Notes: generated by a model from the letters alone, not told the origin. DNA of 64,000 bases from an uncultured Acidobacteriota bacterium (GCA_963784455.1 CAWARN010000018.1:79541-143540); one strand, 5' to 3'; shown: positions 20,582 through 29,165, counted from the stretch's first letter. A program made the numbers and translations.

Positions 20582-20956
20582 ATGCCGAGAGTGGTCTTCA
20601 TCGCTAATGGCGAGCGGAGAGCATTCGACGTCGATCTGGCGTCGATGCCCTACGAGCATCATGGCCTGCCGGGATCGCTGCTCGACGTGGCGATGAACGT
20701 CGGCGTGCCGATCGAGCACACCTGCGGCGGCCACTGCGCGTGCACCACCTGCCACGTGATCATCAAAGCCGGTGCCGAGAATCTGAGCGCGCTCGTCGAC
20801 GAGGAAGCGGACCGGCTCGACACCGCGTGGGAGGTCGGGCCGCAGTCGCGCCTCGCGTGCCAGGCCGTCGTGAAGGGCGACGTGGAGTGCGAGATCCCCG
20901 CCTACTCGCGCAACTACGTGCTGGAAGGCGGCGGCATCCGGCTGGGGAAGAGGTAG
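20582..20956 (+). CDS. fdx: ISC-type [2Fe-2S] ferredoxin
   Basis: ..GLPGSLLDVAMNVGVPIEHTCGGHCACTTCHVIIK...QSRLACQAVV: C-x5-C-x2-C...C ligands of adrenodoxin-type ferredoxins, in the position fdx normally occupies in isc operons. Confidence 0.9.
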   Translation: MPRVVFIANGERRAFDVDLASMPYEHHGLPGSLLDVAMNVGVPIEHTCGGHCACTTCHVIIKAGAENLSALVDEEADRLDTAWEVGPQSRLACQAVVKGDVECEIPAYSRNYVLEGGGIRLGKR

Positions 20957-20972
20957 CGCGGGTCTGGTGTAC

Positions 20973-20992
20973 CGCGGGTCTTCAGACCCGCG
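20973..20992 (+). repeat. CGCGGGTC-TTCA-GACCCGCG hairpin, 16 nt after the fdx stop
   Basis: Identical 20-mer to 18576 and 32981. It is preceded by a partial duplicate, GTAGCGCGGGTC, at 20953-20964. Confidence 0.6.
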
Positions 20993-21003
20993 ATCGGGCG
21001 CCT

Positions 21004-21210
21004 ATGCTCTGGACCGATTTCGACGACATCGCCGTCGCCCTTGCGGATGCGCATCCCTCCGCGGATCCGCTGACCGTGCGCTTCACGGACCTGCGCGAGT
21101 GGGTCCTGAGACTCCCCGGATTTCGCGACGATCCGGCGGCCTCGAGCGAGGGCCGGCTGGAGGCCATCCAGATGGCGTGGTATGAGGAGTGGAAGGACAG
21201 AACGGTGTAG
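21004..21210 (+). CDS. iscX: Fe-S assembly protein IscX
   Basis: MLWTDFDDIAVALADAHPSADPLTVRFTDLREWVLRLPGFRDDP...EAIQMAWYEEW. This is the IscX/YfhJ pattern, and the gene is last in the isc cluster. Confidence 0.8.
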   Translation: MLWTDFDDIAVALADAHPSADPLTVRFTDLREWVLRLPGFRDDPAASSEGRLEAIQMAWYEEWKDRTV

Positions 21211-21219
21211 AATCTGCTC

Positions 21220-21647
21220 ATGGCGCGCGCCCGTCCGGCTGCCGGTATCCTCGCCTTCCTCCTCCTCTTCTTCGCGCCGGCAGTGAGAGCCCAGCAGCAG
21301 GCCCTCCAGTCGGCCGCCGCGCCAGCGCCCCAGGCTCAGTCGCAGCCCCAACCTCCGCCCCCCACGGCCGAGGCGATGGGCGTATCGCTGAAGAACATCA
21401 GACGGCAGGCGTCAGCCCCTCCCGGGACCGAGCGAGGGCCGGGGGACGGGCTGCGCTACGACTTCTTCGTGGATGTGTTTGGCAAGCGGCCCGCCATCGA
21501 CTTCTTCAAGGACTTCGACCTGTCGAGGGGGGAGCGGTCCGCTACGGCAGCGTGACGCACCAGGAGCTTCTCGACGCCGCCACGCCGTACCCGTTCCACA
21601 TCTATACCGGCGGCATCAACGTGCTGCCGAGCGGAAAGAAGAGGTAG
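21220..21647 (+). CDS. Secreted hypothetical protein; one frame break in a G-run near 21526-21531
   Basis: Signal peptide MARARPAAGILAFLLLFFAPAVRAQ. ORF 21220 stops soon after ..FKDFDLSRG. The adjacent frame continues GAVRYGSVTHQELLDAATPYPFHIYTGGINVLPSGKKR to 21647. Confidence 0.45.
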
Positions 21648-21681
21648 CGGGGTAGGCCGGGCGCCCGCTTCCGGACACCCG

Positions 21682-22587
21682 TCACCGGCGCGGAAGCGGG
21701 TGAAGGACGTCTGCAATCGCCTCGGCTGCATCCGCGAGCCTGGGTCCCGGCACCACGAATTCGTCACCGACTAGCAGCGCCACACGCCCTTCCCGCACGG
21801 CGGGTAGGGCGGTGAGCGACTGCCACGCCGCCCGTTCGCGATCGATCTGCTCGGCGGACAGCGTGCGCCCGTAGTGCAGATCGATGACGATTTCCGGGGC
21901 GGCGGCCAGGATCGCCTCGGTGCCGATTCTGACCGCCTCCCGCTTCTCGCCCGCGAGCACGTTCTCGCCGCCCGCGAGCGACACGATATCGGCGAGGAAC
22001 CCGACGCCGCCGCTCGCGTCGATCCCGCGGAGCGCCCCCGGCTCTCGGCCGAACACCAGCAGCGTCCGCGGGCGCTTACGTCCGGCGACGCGCGCGCGGA
22101 TTGCGTCGAAGCGCGCCTCGAGGACCGCGGCCACCTGCTCCGCCTCCTGCGTGCGGCCGACCGCCTGACCGAGCCTGCGAACGGTGCCCATCAGGTTGCC
22201 GAGGCCGCCCATGACATAGGGAAACGTCGCGATGCCGGCCCGCTCGAGCTTCTCGCGGACCTCCGGCGTGGATCCGTAGACCACCACGAGATCGGGCTGC
22301 AGCCTGAGGATCCGCTCGATATCGGGGTCGAGCAGCGCGCCCACCCTGGTGAGTCCCTTCACCTCTGGCGGCCACGTGTCGAAGCTGCTGACGGCCACCA
22401 CGTGCGGTCCCGCACCGATCGCAAACAGCATCTCGGTGACGGCCGGGACAATCGACACGATGCGCCGCGGCGGTCCGGCGGAGCGCCGCTCGCGCGCGGA
22501 CGGGGCAGCGCCCGGCGCGCAGGCGGCGAACACCACGGCGCACGCCACGCACATCGTCACCGGAGATAGGCGGGGGAGGTACGGCAT
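21682..22587 (-). CDS. Periplasmic substrate-binding protein of a cobalamin/iron-siderophore ABC importer (BtuF-like)
   Basis: MPYLPRLSPVTMCVACAVVFAAC (lipoprotein-like signal), RIVSIVPAVTEMLFAIGAG..VVAVSSF..., PDLVVVYG. Last gene of the riboswitch-led operon. An alternative start exists at 22620. Confidence 0.8.
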   Translation of the reverse strand: MPYLPRLSPVTMCVACAVVFAACAPGAAPSARERRSAGPPRRIVSIVPAVTEMLFAIGAGPHVVAVSSFDTWPPEVKGLTRVGALLDPDIERILRLQPDLVVVYGSTPEVREKLERAGIATFPYVMGGLGNLMGTVRRLGQAVGRTQEAEQVAAVLEARFDAIRARVAGRKRPRTLLVFGREPGALRGIDASGGVGFLADIVSLAGGENVLAGEKREAVRIGTEAILAAAPEIVIDLHYGRTLSAEQIDRERAAWQSLTALPAVREGRVALLVGDEFVVPGPRLADAAEAIADVLHPLPRR

Positions 22588-22978
22588 GCTCGCACTACGC
22601 TTCTGAGCTCCGGTCGGCATCGTCCGCCAGCCCCCCTCGTCGGTCAGGGTATCACGCACGCCGTGTGACGGGGTGCAGTGGTCCACGATCGGAAGACAAC
22701 CACAAAGCACACAGAGAACTCGGAGGCTCCACGGCTGCCTGCGCTGCTTCAACCGGGCGGCGCCACCGAACGGTGGCGCCAGGCGGCCGAGCGGCGCGCA
22801 GCGCAAGCGAGCCCGGTCGAGTCCCACAGCCGGGTTCGCCTGCGCTGTGCACCGCTCGGCGCTCCGGGCCTTCGGCCCGGCCCCGGTTGAAGCGCACCGG
22901 TGGAAATCGCCGCCACGCGTGACGCGGCCGGCCTCCGTGTTCCTCCGTGTCCTCCGTGGTTCAAATCGTGAGCGAGCG
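22588..22978 (-). repeat. Repeat- and hairpin-rich intercistronic spacer inside the btu-like operon
   Basis: Three tandem CCTCCGTG(T/G) units at 22932-22959 face a related inverted motif, AACCACAAAGCACACAGAGAAC, at 22698-22719. Between them lie GGCGCCACC-GAAC-GGTGGCGCC, a long imperfect hairpin of about 69 nt (22789-22857), and CCGGGCC-TTC-GGCCCGG. Confidence 0.55.
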
Positions 22979-23980
22979 TCAGCCGCGGCGGATCAGGAGC
23001 CACAGGAAGAACGGGCCGCCGATCATCGCCGTCAGGATGCCGACGGGCAGCACCATCGGCGCGATGAGCGTCCGCGCGGCCACGTCGCAGACGACGAGGA
23101 ACGCCGCGCCGAACAGCGTTGCGGCTGGAAGCACGAGCCGATGATCGGACCCCACCAGCAGTCGCACCAGGTGCGGCACGATGATGCCGATGAAGCCGAT
23201 CGGCCCGCCGAGCGACACCGCCGCGCCGGTGGCGAGCGACGCGCTGAAGAAGGCCAGGCGCTGCGTCCGCACCACGTCCACGCCGCGCGCCGACGCCGCG
23301 TCGGCGCCGAGCGTCAGCAGGTTCAACGACCGCGGCATCCACGCGAACACGGCGAACGCCAGCAGCGTGAACGGCAGCGCCGCCACGATCGGCGCGTAAC
23401 TGCCGACGTCCAGGTCGCCCATCAGCCACCGCACCGTCCTCATCGTCTGGGAGAAATCGGCGAGGTACTGGACGAAAAGGATGAGCGCCGAGAAGAACGC
23501 GTTGAGGGTGATGCCCGCCAGCAGCAGCACGTTCGTCGAGAGGCCGCGGCGGCGGATAGTGGACAGCACGTAGACAATCGCCACCGCGCCGAGCGCGCCA
23601 GCGAAGCTGGCGACCGGCACCGTCGAGACGCCGGCGAAGGCGAGCGACACAGGGAACGTAATCGACAGCATCGCCCCGAGCGCCGCGCCCGCCGACACGC
23701 CCAGGGTGAACGGCGTGGCCAGCGGGTTGCGGAGCAGCGCCTGAAACACGACGCCCGACGCGGCGAGCGCCGCGCCCACGAGGGCGGCCGCCAGCGTTCG
23801 GGGCAGCCGGGAGATGAAGAAGATCTGCGCGTCGGTGTTGTCCGCGAACGGAATGCTCCGGTCGAAGACGCGCCGCAGCGAAATCGGGACGGAGCCGACG
23901 ACCGGCGCGACCAGGCATGCCGCCACGGCCAGGATGCCGAACACCAGAACGGTGAGAAGGACGCGGCGTCGCAGCGTCAT
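22979..23980 (-). CDS. FecCD-family ABC permease (BtuC-like)
   Basis: MTLRRRVLLTVLVFGILAVAACL...RLPRTLAAALVGAALAASGVVFQALLRNPLATPFTLGVSAGAALG...GPIGFIGIIVPHLVRLLVGSDHR. ATGA overlap with the upstream ATPase gene. Confidence 0.9.
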   Translation of the reverse strand: MTLRRRVLLTVLVFGILAVAACLVAPVVGSVPISLRRVFDRSIPFADNTDAQIFFISRLPRTLAAALVGAALAASGVVFQALLRNPLATPFTLGVSAGAALGAMLSITFPVSLAFAGVSTVPVASFAGALGAVAIVYVLSTIRRRGLSTNVLLLAGITLNAFFSALILFVQYLADFSQTMRTVRWLMGDLDVGSYAPIVAALPFTLLAFAVFAWMPRSLNLLTLGADAASARGVDVVRTQRLAFFSASLATGAAVSLGGPIGFIGIIVPHLVRLLVGSDHRLVLPAATLFGAAFLVVCDVAARTLIAPMVLPVGILTAMIGGPFFLWLLIRRG

Positions 23981-24777
23981 TCGGCTCGCCCCACCGCGCC
24001 CGTCCGGCGAAGCGGCACCACGGTCAGGTGGCCGGCGCCGGAGTGGAAGTGGACGTCCGCCTCGACGTCGTAGAGCGCGCGCACCGACTCGCGCGTCAGC
24101 ACCTGGTCGGTGAGCCCGGCCGCCAGCACGCGCCCCTCGCGAAGCAGAACCAGGCGCCGGCACAGGCCGGCCGCCAGGTTGAGGTCGTGCGTGGCCACCG
24201 CCATCGTCACGCCGCGCTCGGCGTTCAGCCGGCGCAGCAGCGTCGCGATCTCGATCTGGTAGCCTGGATCGAGCGCCGTGGTCGGCTCGTCGAGCAGCAT
24301 CAGGCCGGCCGACTGCGCCAGCGCGCTCGCGATGATCACCCGCTGCTTCTCGCCGCCGCTGAGCGTCGGGAACAGGCGATCCTCGAGGGCGAGCGTGCCC
24401 GTCGCGGCCAGCGCCTCGCGCGCAATCGCCAGGTCCTGCTGGCTCTCGAGCTCGAAGGCGCCGAGGTGCGGGTATCGGCCCATGAGCACGACCTCGAGCA
24501 CCGAGTACTCAAACGAGAGCCGGGTCTCCTGCGGGACGACCGCAATGCGCTTCGCGACTTCGCGCCTGGGAATACGGGCCAGGTCGCGTCCGTCGATCAT
24601 GACGCGGCCCGATGCCGGCGTCAGCATGCCGCCGAGCAGCCGCAGCAGTGTGGTCTTCCCCGAGCCGTTCGGCCCCAGGATGCCGACCAGGTCGCCGGGC
24701 GGGACCTCCAGCGACACGCCGTGCAGGCCGGCCGGCCCTGGGCCGTAAACGAAGCTGACGTCAGCGGCCTGCAGCAA
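23977..24777 (-). CDS. ABC transporter ATP-binding protein (BtuD/FepC-like)
   Basis: GILGPNGSGKTTLLRLL (Walker A), LSGGEKQRVIIASAL (signature), LMLLDEPTTALD (Walker B). TTG start. It overlaps the receptor gene by 17 nt. Confidence 0.9.
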   Translation of the reverse strand: MLQAADVSFVYGPGPAGLHGVSLEVPPGDLVGILGPNGSGKTTLLRLLGGMLTPASGRVMIDGRDLARIPRREVAKRIAVVPQETRLSFEYSVLEVVLMGRYPHLGAFELESQQDLAIAREALAATGTLALEDRLFPTLSGGEKQRVIIASALAQSAGLMLLDEPTTALDPGYQIEIATLLRRLNAERGVTMAVATHDLNLAAGLCRRLVLLREGRVLAAGLTDQVLTRESVRALYDVEADVHFHSGAGHLTVVPLRRTGAVGRAE

Positions 24778-27058
24778 CCCGCACCCCGATCATCCCGTTG
24801 CGGCCGAGCGCCGGAAACCCGTACGTCTCCTCGTAGGACCGGTCGAACAAGTTCCCGATCCGGCCGATCACTTCGACCGCCCGCACGATCCTCCACGACG
24901 CGCCGACGTCGACCGACGAGAACCCGGGATTCGTGAACAGGCCGCCCCACGTGCCGTAGGTGGGCTCGACGTCGAGCGTGTGCGAGCGGCCGCCGACGCG
25001 GCCGAACGCGGTCAGCGATCCTCGCACGAACGTCAGATCGAGAGCGGCCAGGTGCCGCGGTCGGCGCAGGAGCGGATCGCCGACGACGAACGGCGGCGGC
25101 GCTTCGTCTAGGCTGTCCACCGCGAGGATCGCGGTGTCGAGGAACGTGTAGGACGCCCGGGCGGTCAGGCCCCATCCCGCGCGGAACGCCGCCGACAGCT
25201 CGACTCCCTGCGCCCTGGCGTTCGAGATGTTGTCGGTCCGGTAGCGGCTGGCATCCGCCAGCGCCGGGCCGACGGCGACGATGAGGTCGTCATAGCGGTT
25301 GAAGAAGGCCGTGGCGCCGACGACGAGTCGCTCGCGAAGAAACGCCTGGTCCGCGCCCGCCTCTACGCTCCGGCTCCTCTCGGGCAAGAGGGCGGGGTTG
25401 TCGGTGAACGCGATCTCGAGCGCGTCCGGGGCGCGGATGCCCGTGCCGGCCGCCGCGTGAATCCGCGTCCAGCCCCGAGTGCCGTCGCGCGGCCCCGCGA
25501 GCACGAACGCCGCCGAGAGACGGGGGTTTGCCGACCAGCGCGCATCCTCGGGCAGCGCCGGCCGCGGCGAGTAGTAATCGGAGCTGGCCGGCATCGCGTC
25601 GCGCACCAGGTGCTCGACGCGCAGGCCGGCCGTCAGGCTGAGCGGCGACAGCGGCTGGTAGCGCGCCTCCGCAAAGAGCCCCGCCACCGAGCGCCGGATG
25701 GGCAGCGGCCCGGTCTGGTCCGCGGTGATGAACGTGCTCGTCGCCCGCTCGCGCAGGACTTCGATGCCGGCCGACAGCGCAAGCGAGGCGGTCAGATCGG
25801 CGTCGGTCTGCGAGCGGATCGTCGCCCGACTGGACGCGGTCGCCGACAGTCCGTAGGCGCTGGTGAAATCGCTCGAGAGATCGAAGTAGTTCGCGCTGAC
25901 GGTCTGATGGAGCGCGTGCCCCCCGGCCGAGAACTGCTGCGTCCACCGGCCGCCCGCCTGGATCGAACTCGTGACGCCGCGCGCGAGCCGGTCGACCGCC
26001 GTGTACGCGCCAATCGGGTTCGAGCCGTACGGGCCCGGATAGCCGCGATCGCCCGACACGTAGCGCAGCGACCCGCGGACGTCCGCGCCGCCGGCCCCCC
26101 GCCACCCGATTGAAATCCCTGCGTTGTCAGAGAGGTAGTCGTCGTTCGAGACCTGCTCGCCCGTGGCGGGCGCGATCCCCGTGTACCCGTCGCTCGCCGT
26201 GCGCTCGGCCGACCCGCCCCAACTCCAGGAGCCGCGGGAACCCCACGTCCCGGCGCTGACGCGGGAGGTGCCGAAGCTCCCGCCCTCGACGAGCACCTCG
26301 ACGCGCGGGCGGCCGGTGTGCTTCGTCACGACATGCACCACCGCGCCGATGGCGTCCGCACCGAAAAGGGCGCTCTCGGGCCCGCGCACGACTTCGATCC
26401 GTTCCACCTGGTTCGCGGTCAGCGTCGAGAAGTCGTAGCCGCCGCCGAAGGCGTTGGCCTTGATCCCGTCGACCATCACGAGCGTGTAGTCCGATTCGCC
26501 GCCGCGCGGGAAGAGCGACGTCACCGCGCCGCGGCCGCCGTTGCGCGAGACGGTCAGGCCAGGGACGAAGCGGAGCGCGTCGGCGACCGTTTCGGTCTGT
26601 GCCGCCTGCAAATCGCGGCTCGAGATGACGGTGACAGAATCCGCCGCCCGTGCGAGCGGCATCTCCACCTGCGAGGCCGACACCACGACCGATTCGGTCA
26701 GGGCGCTGACGTGCAGCCCGAATGCGACGCGCGTCTCCTCGCCGGGCGCGGCGACGATCGCGAGCGGCTCGCCGCGGAAACCGTCCGCCGCGACCCGGAG
26801 TTCGTAGCGGCCCGGAGCGACGCGGTCGAACTGGAACTCGCCCTCCGCAGAGGTTTCAGCGGAGGCGACGACCGACAGGGGGCTCGCCAGCACGACATGC
26901 GCGTGCGGCACCCGCGCGCCGGCGGGGTCCGAAACCGTCCCACGCACCACCGCAGTTTCCGGGGTGATGATCCCGGCACTTGCGTGTGCGGCGACGAGGA
27001 CCAGGACGATGAAGGGGGGTCCTCCGGATCGGAGGAAGACACGGAGAAATGAGAGCAT
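24761..27058 (-). CDS. TonB-dependent receptor (BtuB-like), CarboxypepD_reg N-terminus
   Basis: Signal peptide, GTVSDPAGARVPHAHVVL..EGEFQF..APGRYEL, plug (DSVTVISSRDL...ALRFVPGLTV...LFPRGGESDYTLVMVDGIKAN), barrel, terminal ..GMIGVRVAAGR. A cobalamin riboswitch lies immediately upstream. Confidence 0.9.
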   Translation of the reverse strand: MLSFLRVFLRSGGPPFIVLVLVAAHASAGIITPETAVVRGTVSDPAGARVPHAHVVLASPLSVVASAETSAEGEFQFDRVAPGRYELRVAADGFRGEPLAIVAAPGEETRVAFGLHVSALTESVVVSASQVEMPLARAADSVTVISSRDLQAAQTETVADALRFVPGLTVSRNGGRGAVTSLFPRGGESDYTLVMVDGIKANAFGGGYDFSTLTANQVERIEVVRGPESALFGADAIGAVVHVVTKHTGRPRVEVLVEGGSFGTSRVSAGTWGSRGSWSWGGSAERTASDGYTGIAPATGEQVSNDDYLSDNAGISIGWRGAGGADVRGSLRYVSGDRGYPGPYGSNPIGAYTAVDRLARGVTSSIQAGGRWTQQFSAGGHALHQTVSANYFDLSSDFTSAYGLSATASSRATIRSQTDADLTASLALSAGIEVLRERATSTFITADQTGPLPIRRSVAGLFAEARYQPLSPLSLTAGLRVEHLVRDAMPASSDYYSPRPALPEDARWSANPRLSAAFVLAGPRDGTRGWTRIHAAAGTGIRAPDALEIAFTDNPALLPERSRSVEAGADQAFLRERLVVGATAFFNRYDDLIVAVGPALADASRYRTDNISNARAQGVELSAAFRAGWGLTARASYTFLDTAILAVDSLDEAPPPFVVGDPLLRRPRHLAALDLTFVRGSLTAFGRVGGRSHTLDVEPTYGTWGGLFTNPGFSSVDVGASWRIVRAVEVIGRIGNLFDRSYEETYGFPALGRNGMIGVRVAAGR

Positions 27059-27124
27059 CGCCGTTCCTTCGGCGTCATTCGCGCCGAGCCCCCGCGCGCG
27101 TCAGGCGCGAGGACGGAATGGACG

Positions 27125-27310
27125 TGCCGGGCGGCCAGGTTTCCTGACTCGCGGATCCGCGCGACCGCTGCCGTCTTCCCATGCCTCCAGGCACAGTGAC
27201 GGGACCTTTCGAGAGGTCCTCTGCGGCGTTCGCTCCCCGCTTACAGTGGCGTGACCGTGTGGGCTTCGAACCCACTTCGCTTGGTCGCCGGCGAATCGTC
27301 GGTTGTGGAG
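27125..27310 (-). promoter_or_regulatory. Cobalamin (B12) riboswitch
   Basis: The minus strand reads ..AAGCGAAGUGGGUUCGAAGCCCACACGGUCACGCCACUGUAAGCGGGGAGC...GUCACUGUGCCUGGAGGCAUGGGAAGACGG...GAGUCAGGAAACCUGGCCGCC. It carries the GCCACUG element, GGGAAG and a B12-box-like AGUCAGGAAACCUGCC-type motif. It ends about 65 nt before the receptor ATG. Confidence 0.8.
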
Positions 27311-27333
27311 GACAGTATAGAACAGAAGACGGT

Positions 27334-27789
27334 CTATCGCGCCAGACTTGCGATCTCCCGGACAACCTCCTCGTGCGTCGGGAAGTCGAACTGCGACGAG
27401 GCGACGAAGCTGTAGCGGATGAGGCCCTGGCGATCGACGAGAAACAGCGCGGGCCGCGCGATGTTCCACGCGCCGAACCCGACCGGGTGCCAGACGCCGT
27501 ACGCCTTCACCGTCTCCCGCGAGTCGTCTACGAGAATGTTGAAGGGCAGGCCGGTCTCTTCGATGAAGCGCCGCACCTTCTCCGACCGCTGCGCGACGAC
27601 GGCGACCACCTGCACGCCGAGCGAGAGGTACTCCATCGAGTGGTGTGCCAGTTCACCGAACTGGCGGCGGCAGTTCGGTCACCACGTGCCCCGGTGGAAC
27701 GCCAGCAGCACCGGGCCGAGGAGGAGGTAGTCGGCGAGCGAGTGCGCCTCGCCGCGCTGGTTCGGCAGCGCGAACGGCGGGGCGGGCAT
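27334..27789 (-). CDS. Peroxiredoxin-like (AhpC/TSA, redoxin) protein with in-frame UGA at the catalytic Cys position; candidate selenoprotein
   Basis: ATG 27789: MPAPPFALPNQRGEAHSLADYLLLGPVLLAFHRGTW-[TGA 27681-27679]-PNCRRQFGELAHHSMEYLSLGVQVVAVVAQ...PFNILVDDSRETVKAYGV... to the stop at 27334. The total length of 456 nt is in frame. W-U-P-x-C-R-R-Q aligns with the WCPxC redox motif of this family. Confidence 0.7.
27655..27679 (-). promoter_or_regulatory. SECIS-like hairpin directly 3' of the in-frame UGA
   Basis: The RNA reads UGA-CCGAACUG-CCGCCGC-CAGUUCGG-U. The stem is a perfect 8 bp, or 9 bp with A:U from the UGA. The 7-nt loop contains G residues 13-16 nt after the U of UGA. Confidence 0.5.
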
Positions 27790-27822
27790 GCCGGGGAGGA
27801 GTGTGGGATGCAGCATAGAGTC

Positions 27823-27900
27823 GTAGTGGCTAGTGGTCAGTGGCTAGTATGACACGCGTGATCCACTAGTCACTGATCACAAGCCACTAGCCACTTCTAG
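27823..27900. repeat. About 80-nt lower-GC palindromic element, copy B (between the Prx-like gene start and moeA stop)
   Basis: GTAGTGGCTAGTGGTCAGTGGCTAGTATGACACGCGTGATCCACTAGTCACTGATCACAAGCCACTAGCCACTTCTAG. Arms AGTGGCTAGTGG/CCACTAGCCACT and TCAGTGGCTAGT/ACTAGTCACTGA surround CACGCGTG. It is similar to the reverse complement of 20474-20558. Confidence 0.75.
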
Positions 27901-29120
27901 AAGAGGATCACGTCGACAACCTGTCCCTTCTCCACAATGTCCGTCTGCGCCGGAATCTCGATGTACCCGTCGGCCTGCGACATGCTGGTGATGTCGCCCG
28001 ACGCCTTGAACGCCGGCATCGCCGTCCCCTCCACCACTCGCACCGTGTAGAACTGGTGGCGTCCGGTGGTGGACACGACGCGCTGCCCGAGCGGCAGCCG
28101 GACCGTGCGCTCCACCGCCTCGGGCAGCCTGGCCATCCGGCGCAGCATCGGCGCGACCAGCATGTAGCCGTTCGACAGGCACGAGGTCGGGTAACCCGGC
28201 ATGCCGATGACCGGCGTGCCGTCGATGATTCCGAACAGCGTCGGCTTTCCCGGCTTCACCGCAATCCCGTGGAACACGATCTTCCCGCGAGCGGCGATGG
28301 CGTCGAGGATCAGATCGCGCTCGCCGACCGAACTCCCGCCCGAGAAGATCACGAGATCCTCGGCGAGCGCCGTGTCGAGAGCGCGGTCGAGATCTTCCAG
28401 CGTGTCCGCCGATGTCGGGTAAGGCACCGGCACCGCGCCGTGCTCAGCAACGATCGCGGACAGCGTGAATCTGTTGATGTCGTAGATCTGGCCCGGGGCG
28501 AGCGCGCGTCCGGGCGAGACAATCTCGTTGCCGGTCGACAGGATGGCCACGCGCGGCCGCTCGAAGACCTCGACACGATCGATCCCGAGCGCAGCGACGG
28601 CGCCGACGCGGCTCGATGTCAGGTAATCGCCGGCCGCCAGCACAGGCTGGCCGACCTGGATGTCCGCGCCCTGCCGGCCGACGTTCTGGCCCGGGTACAC
28701 CGGGCCGAACACTCGCACCGTTCCGGCGTCGTCCTTTTCCGTCTCCTCGACCATCACCACCGCATCGGCGCCGTCAGGCATCGGCGCGCCGGTGGCGATC
28801 TCGGCGCAGCCGCCGCGCTCGATGGCGCGCGTCGGCACCTGGCCCGTGTAGACCTTCTCGACGACGTGAAACACCCGCGGGCTGAACGGCCCCGCGCCGA
28901 ACGTGTCGGCCGCGATGACGGCATAGCCGTCCATCGCGGCGCGCGTGAAGGGAGGGACGTCCTGCGCCGCCACGATTGCGGAGGCCAGCACGCGCTGGTG
29001 GGCCGACTCGAGCGACACGGTCTCGACGCGCGCCACCGGCCGCGCCGCGCCGCGCATCAGCGCCCGCGCCTCCTCGAGCGGAATCGTCTCACGAATCGGC
29101 CGCATTGATTGCTCGGACAT
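27897..29120 (-). CDS. moeA: Molybdopterin molybdotransferase MoeA
   Basis: MSEQSMRPIRETIPLEEARALM...PPFTRAAMDGYAV...IATGAPMPDGADAVVMVE...ILSTGNEIV...SGGSSVGERDL...GIAVKPGKPTLFG. Confidence 0.9.
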   Translation of the reverse strand: MSEQSMRPIRETIPLEEARALMRGAARPVARVETVSLESAHQRVLASAIVAAQDVPPFTRAAMDGYAVIAADTFGAGPFSPRVFHVVEKVYTGQVPTRAIERGGCAEIATGAPMPDGADAVVMVEETEKDDAGTVRVFGPVYPGQNVGRQGADIQVGQPVLAAGDYLTSSRVGAVAALGIDRVEVFERPRVAILSTGNEIVSPGRALAPGQIYDINRFTLSAIVAEHGAVPVPYPTSADTLEDLDRALDTALAEDLVIFSGGSSVGERDLILDAIAARGKIVFHGIAVKPGKPTLFGIIDGTPVIGMPGYPTSCLSNGYMLVAPMLRRMARLPEAVERTVRLPLGQRVVSTTGRHQFYTVRVVEGTAMPAFKASGDITSMSQADGYIEIPAQTDIVEKGQVVDVILF

Positions 29121-29165
29121 AGGGCTGCGCTTCCGCTTCCAGCTGGCAGCTGCCAGCCGGCACCC

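Noticed and set aside
22932-22959. CRISPR-like array (also considered for 29281-29305 and 44032-44060)
   Set aside because: The repeat units are only 7-14 nt, directly abutting, with no spacers and no cas genes. They are simple tandem repeats.
27334-27636. Stand-alone 100-aa ORF as listed in the ORF track
   Set aside because: It begins at an internal Met and lacks the redox-active half of the fold. The upstream 51 codons are in frame, with a single UGA at the catalytic position, so the longer recoded reading is preferred. Simple truncation remains the fallback if no Sec machinery exists.
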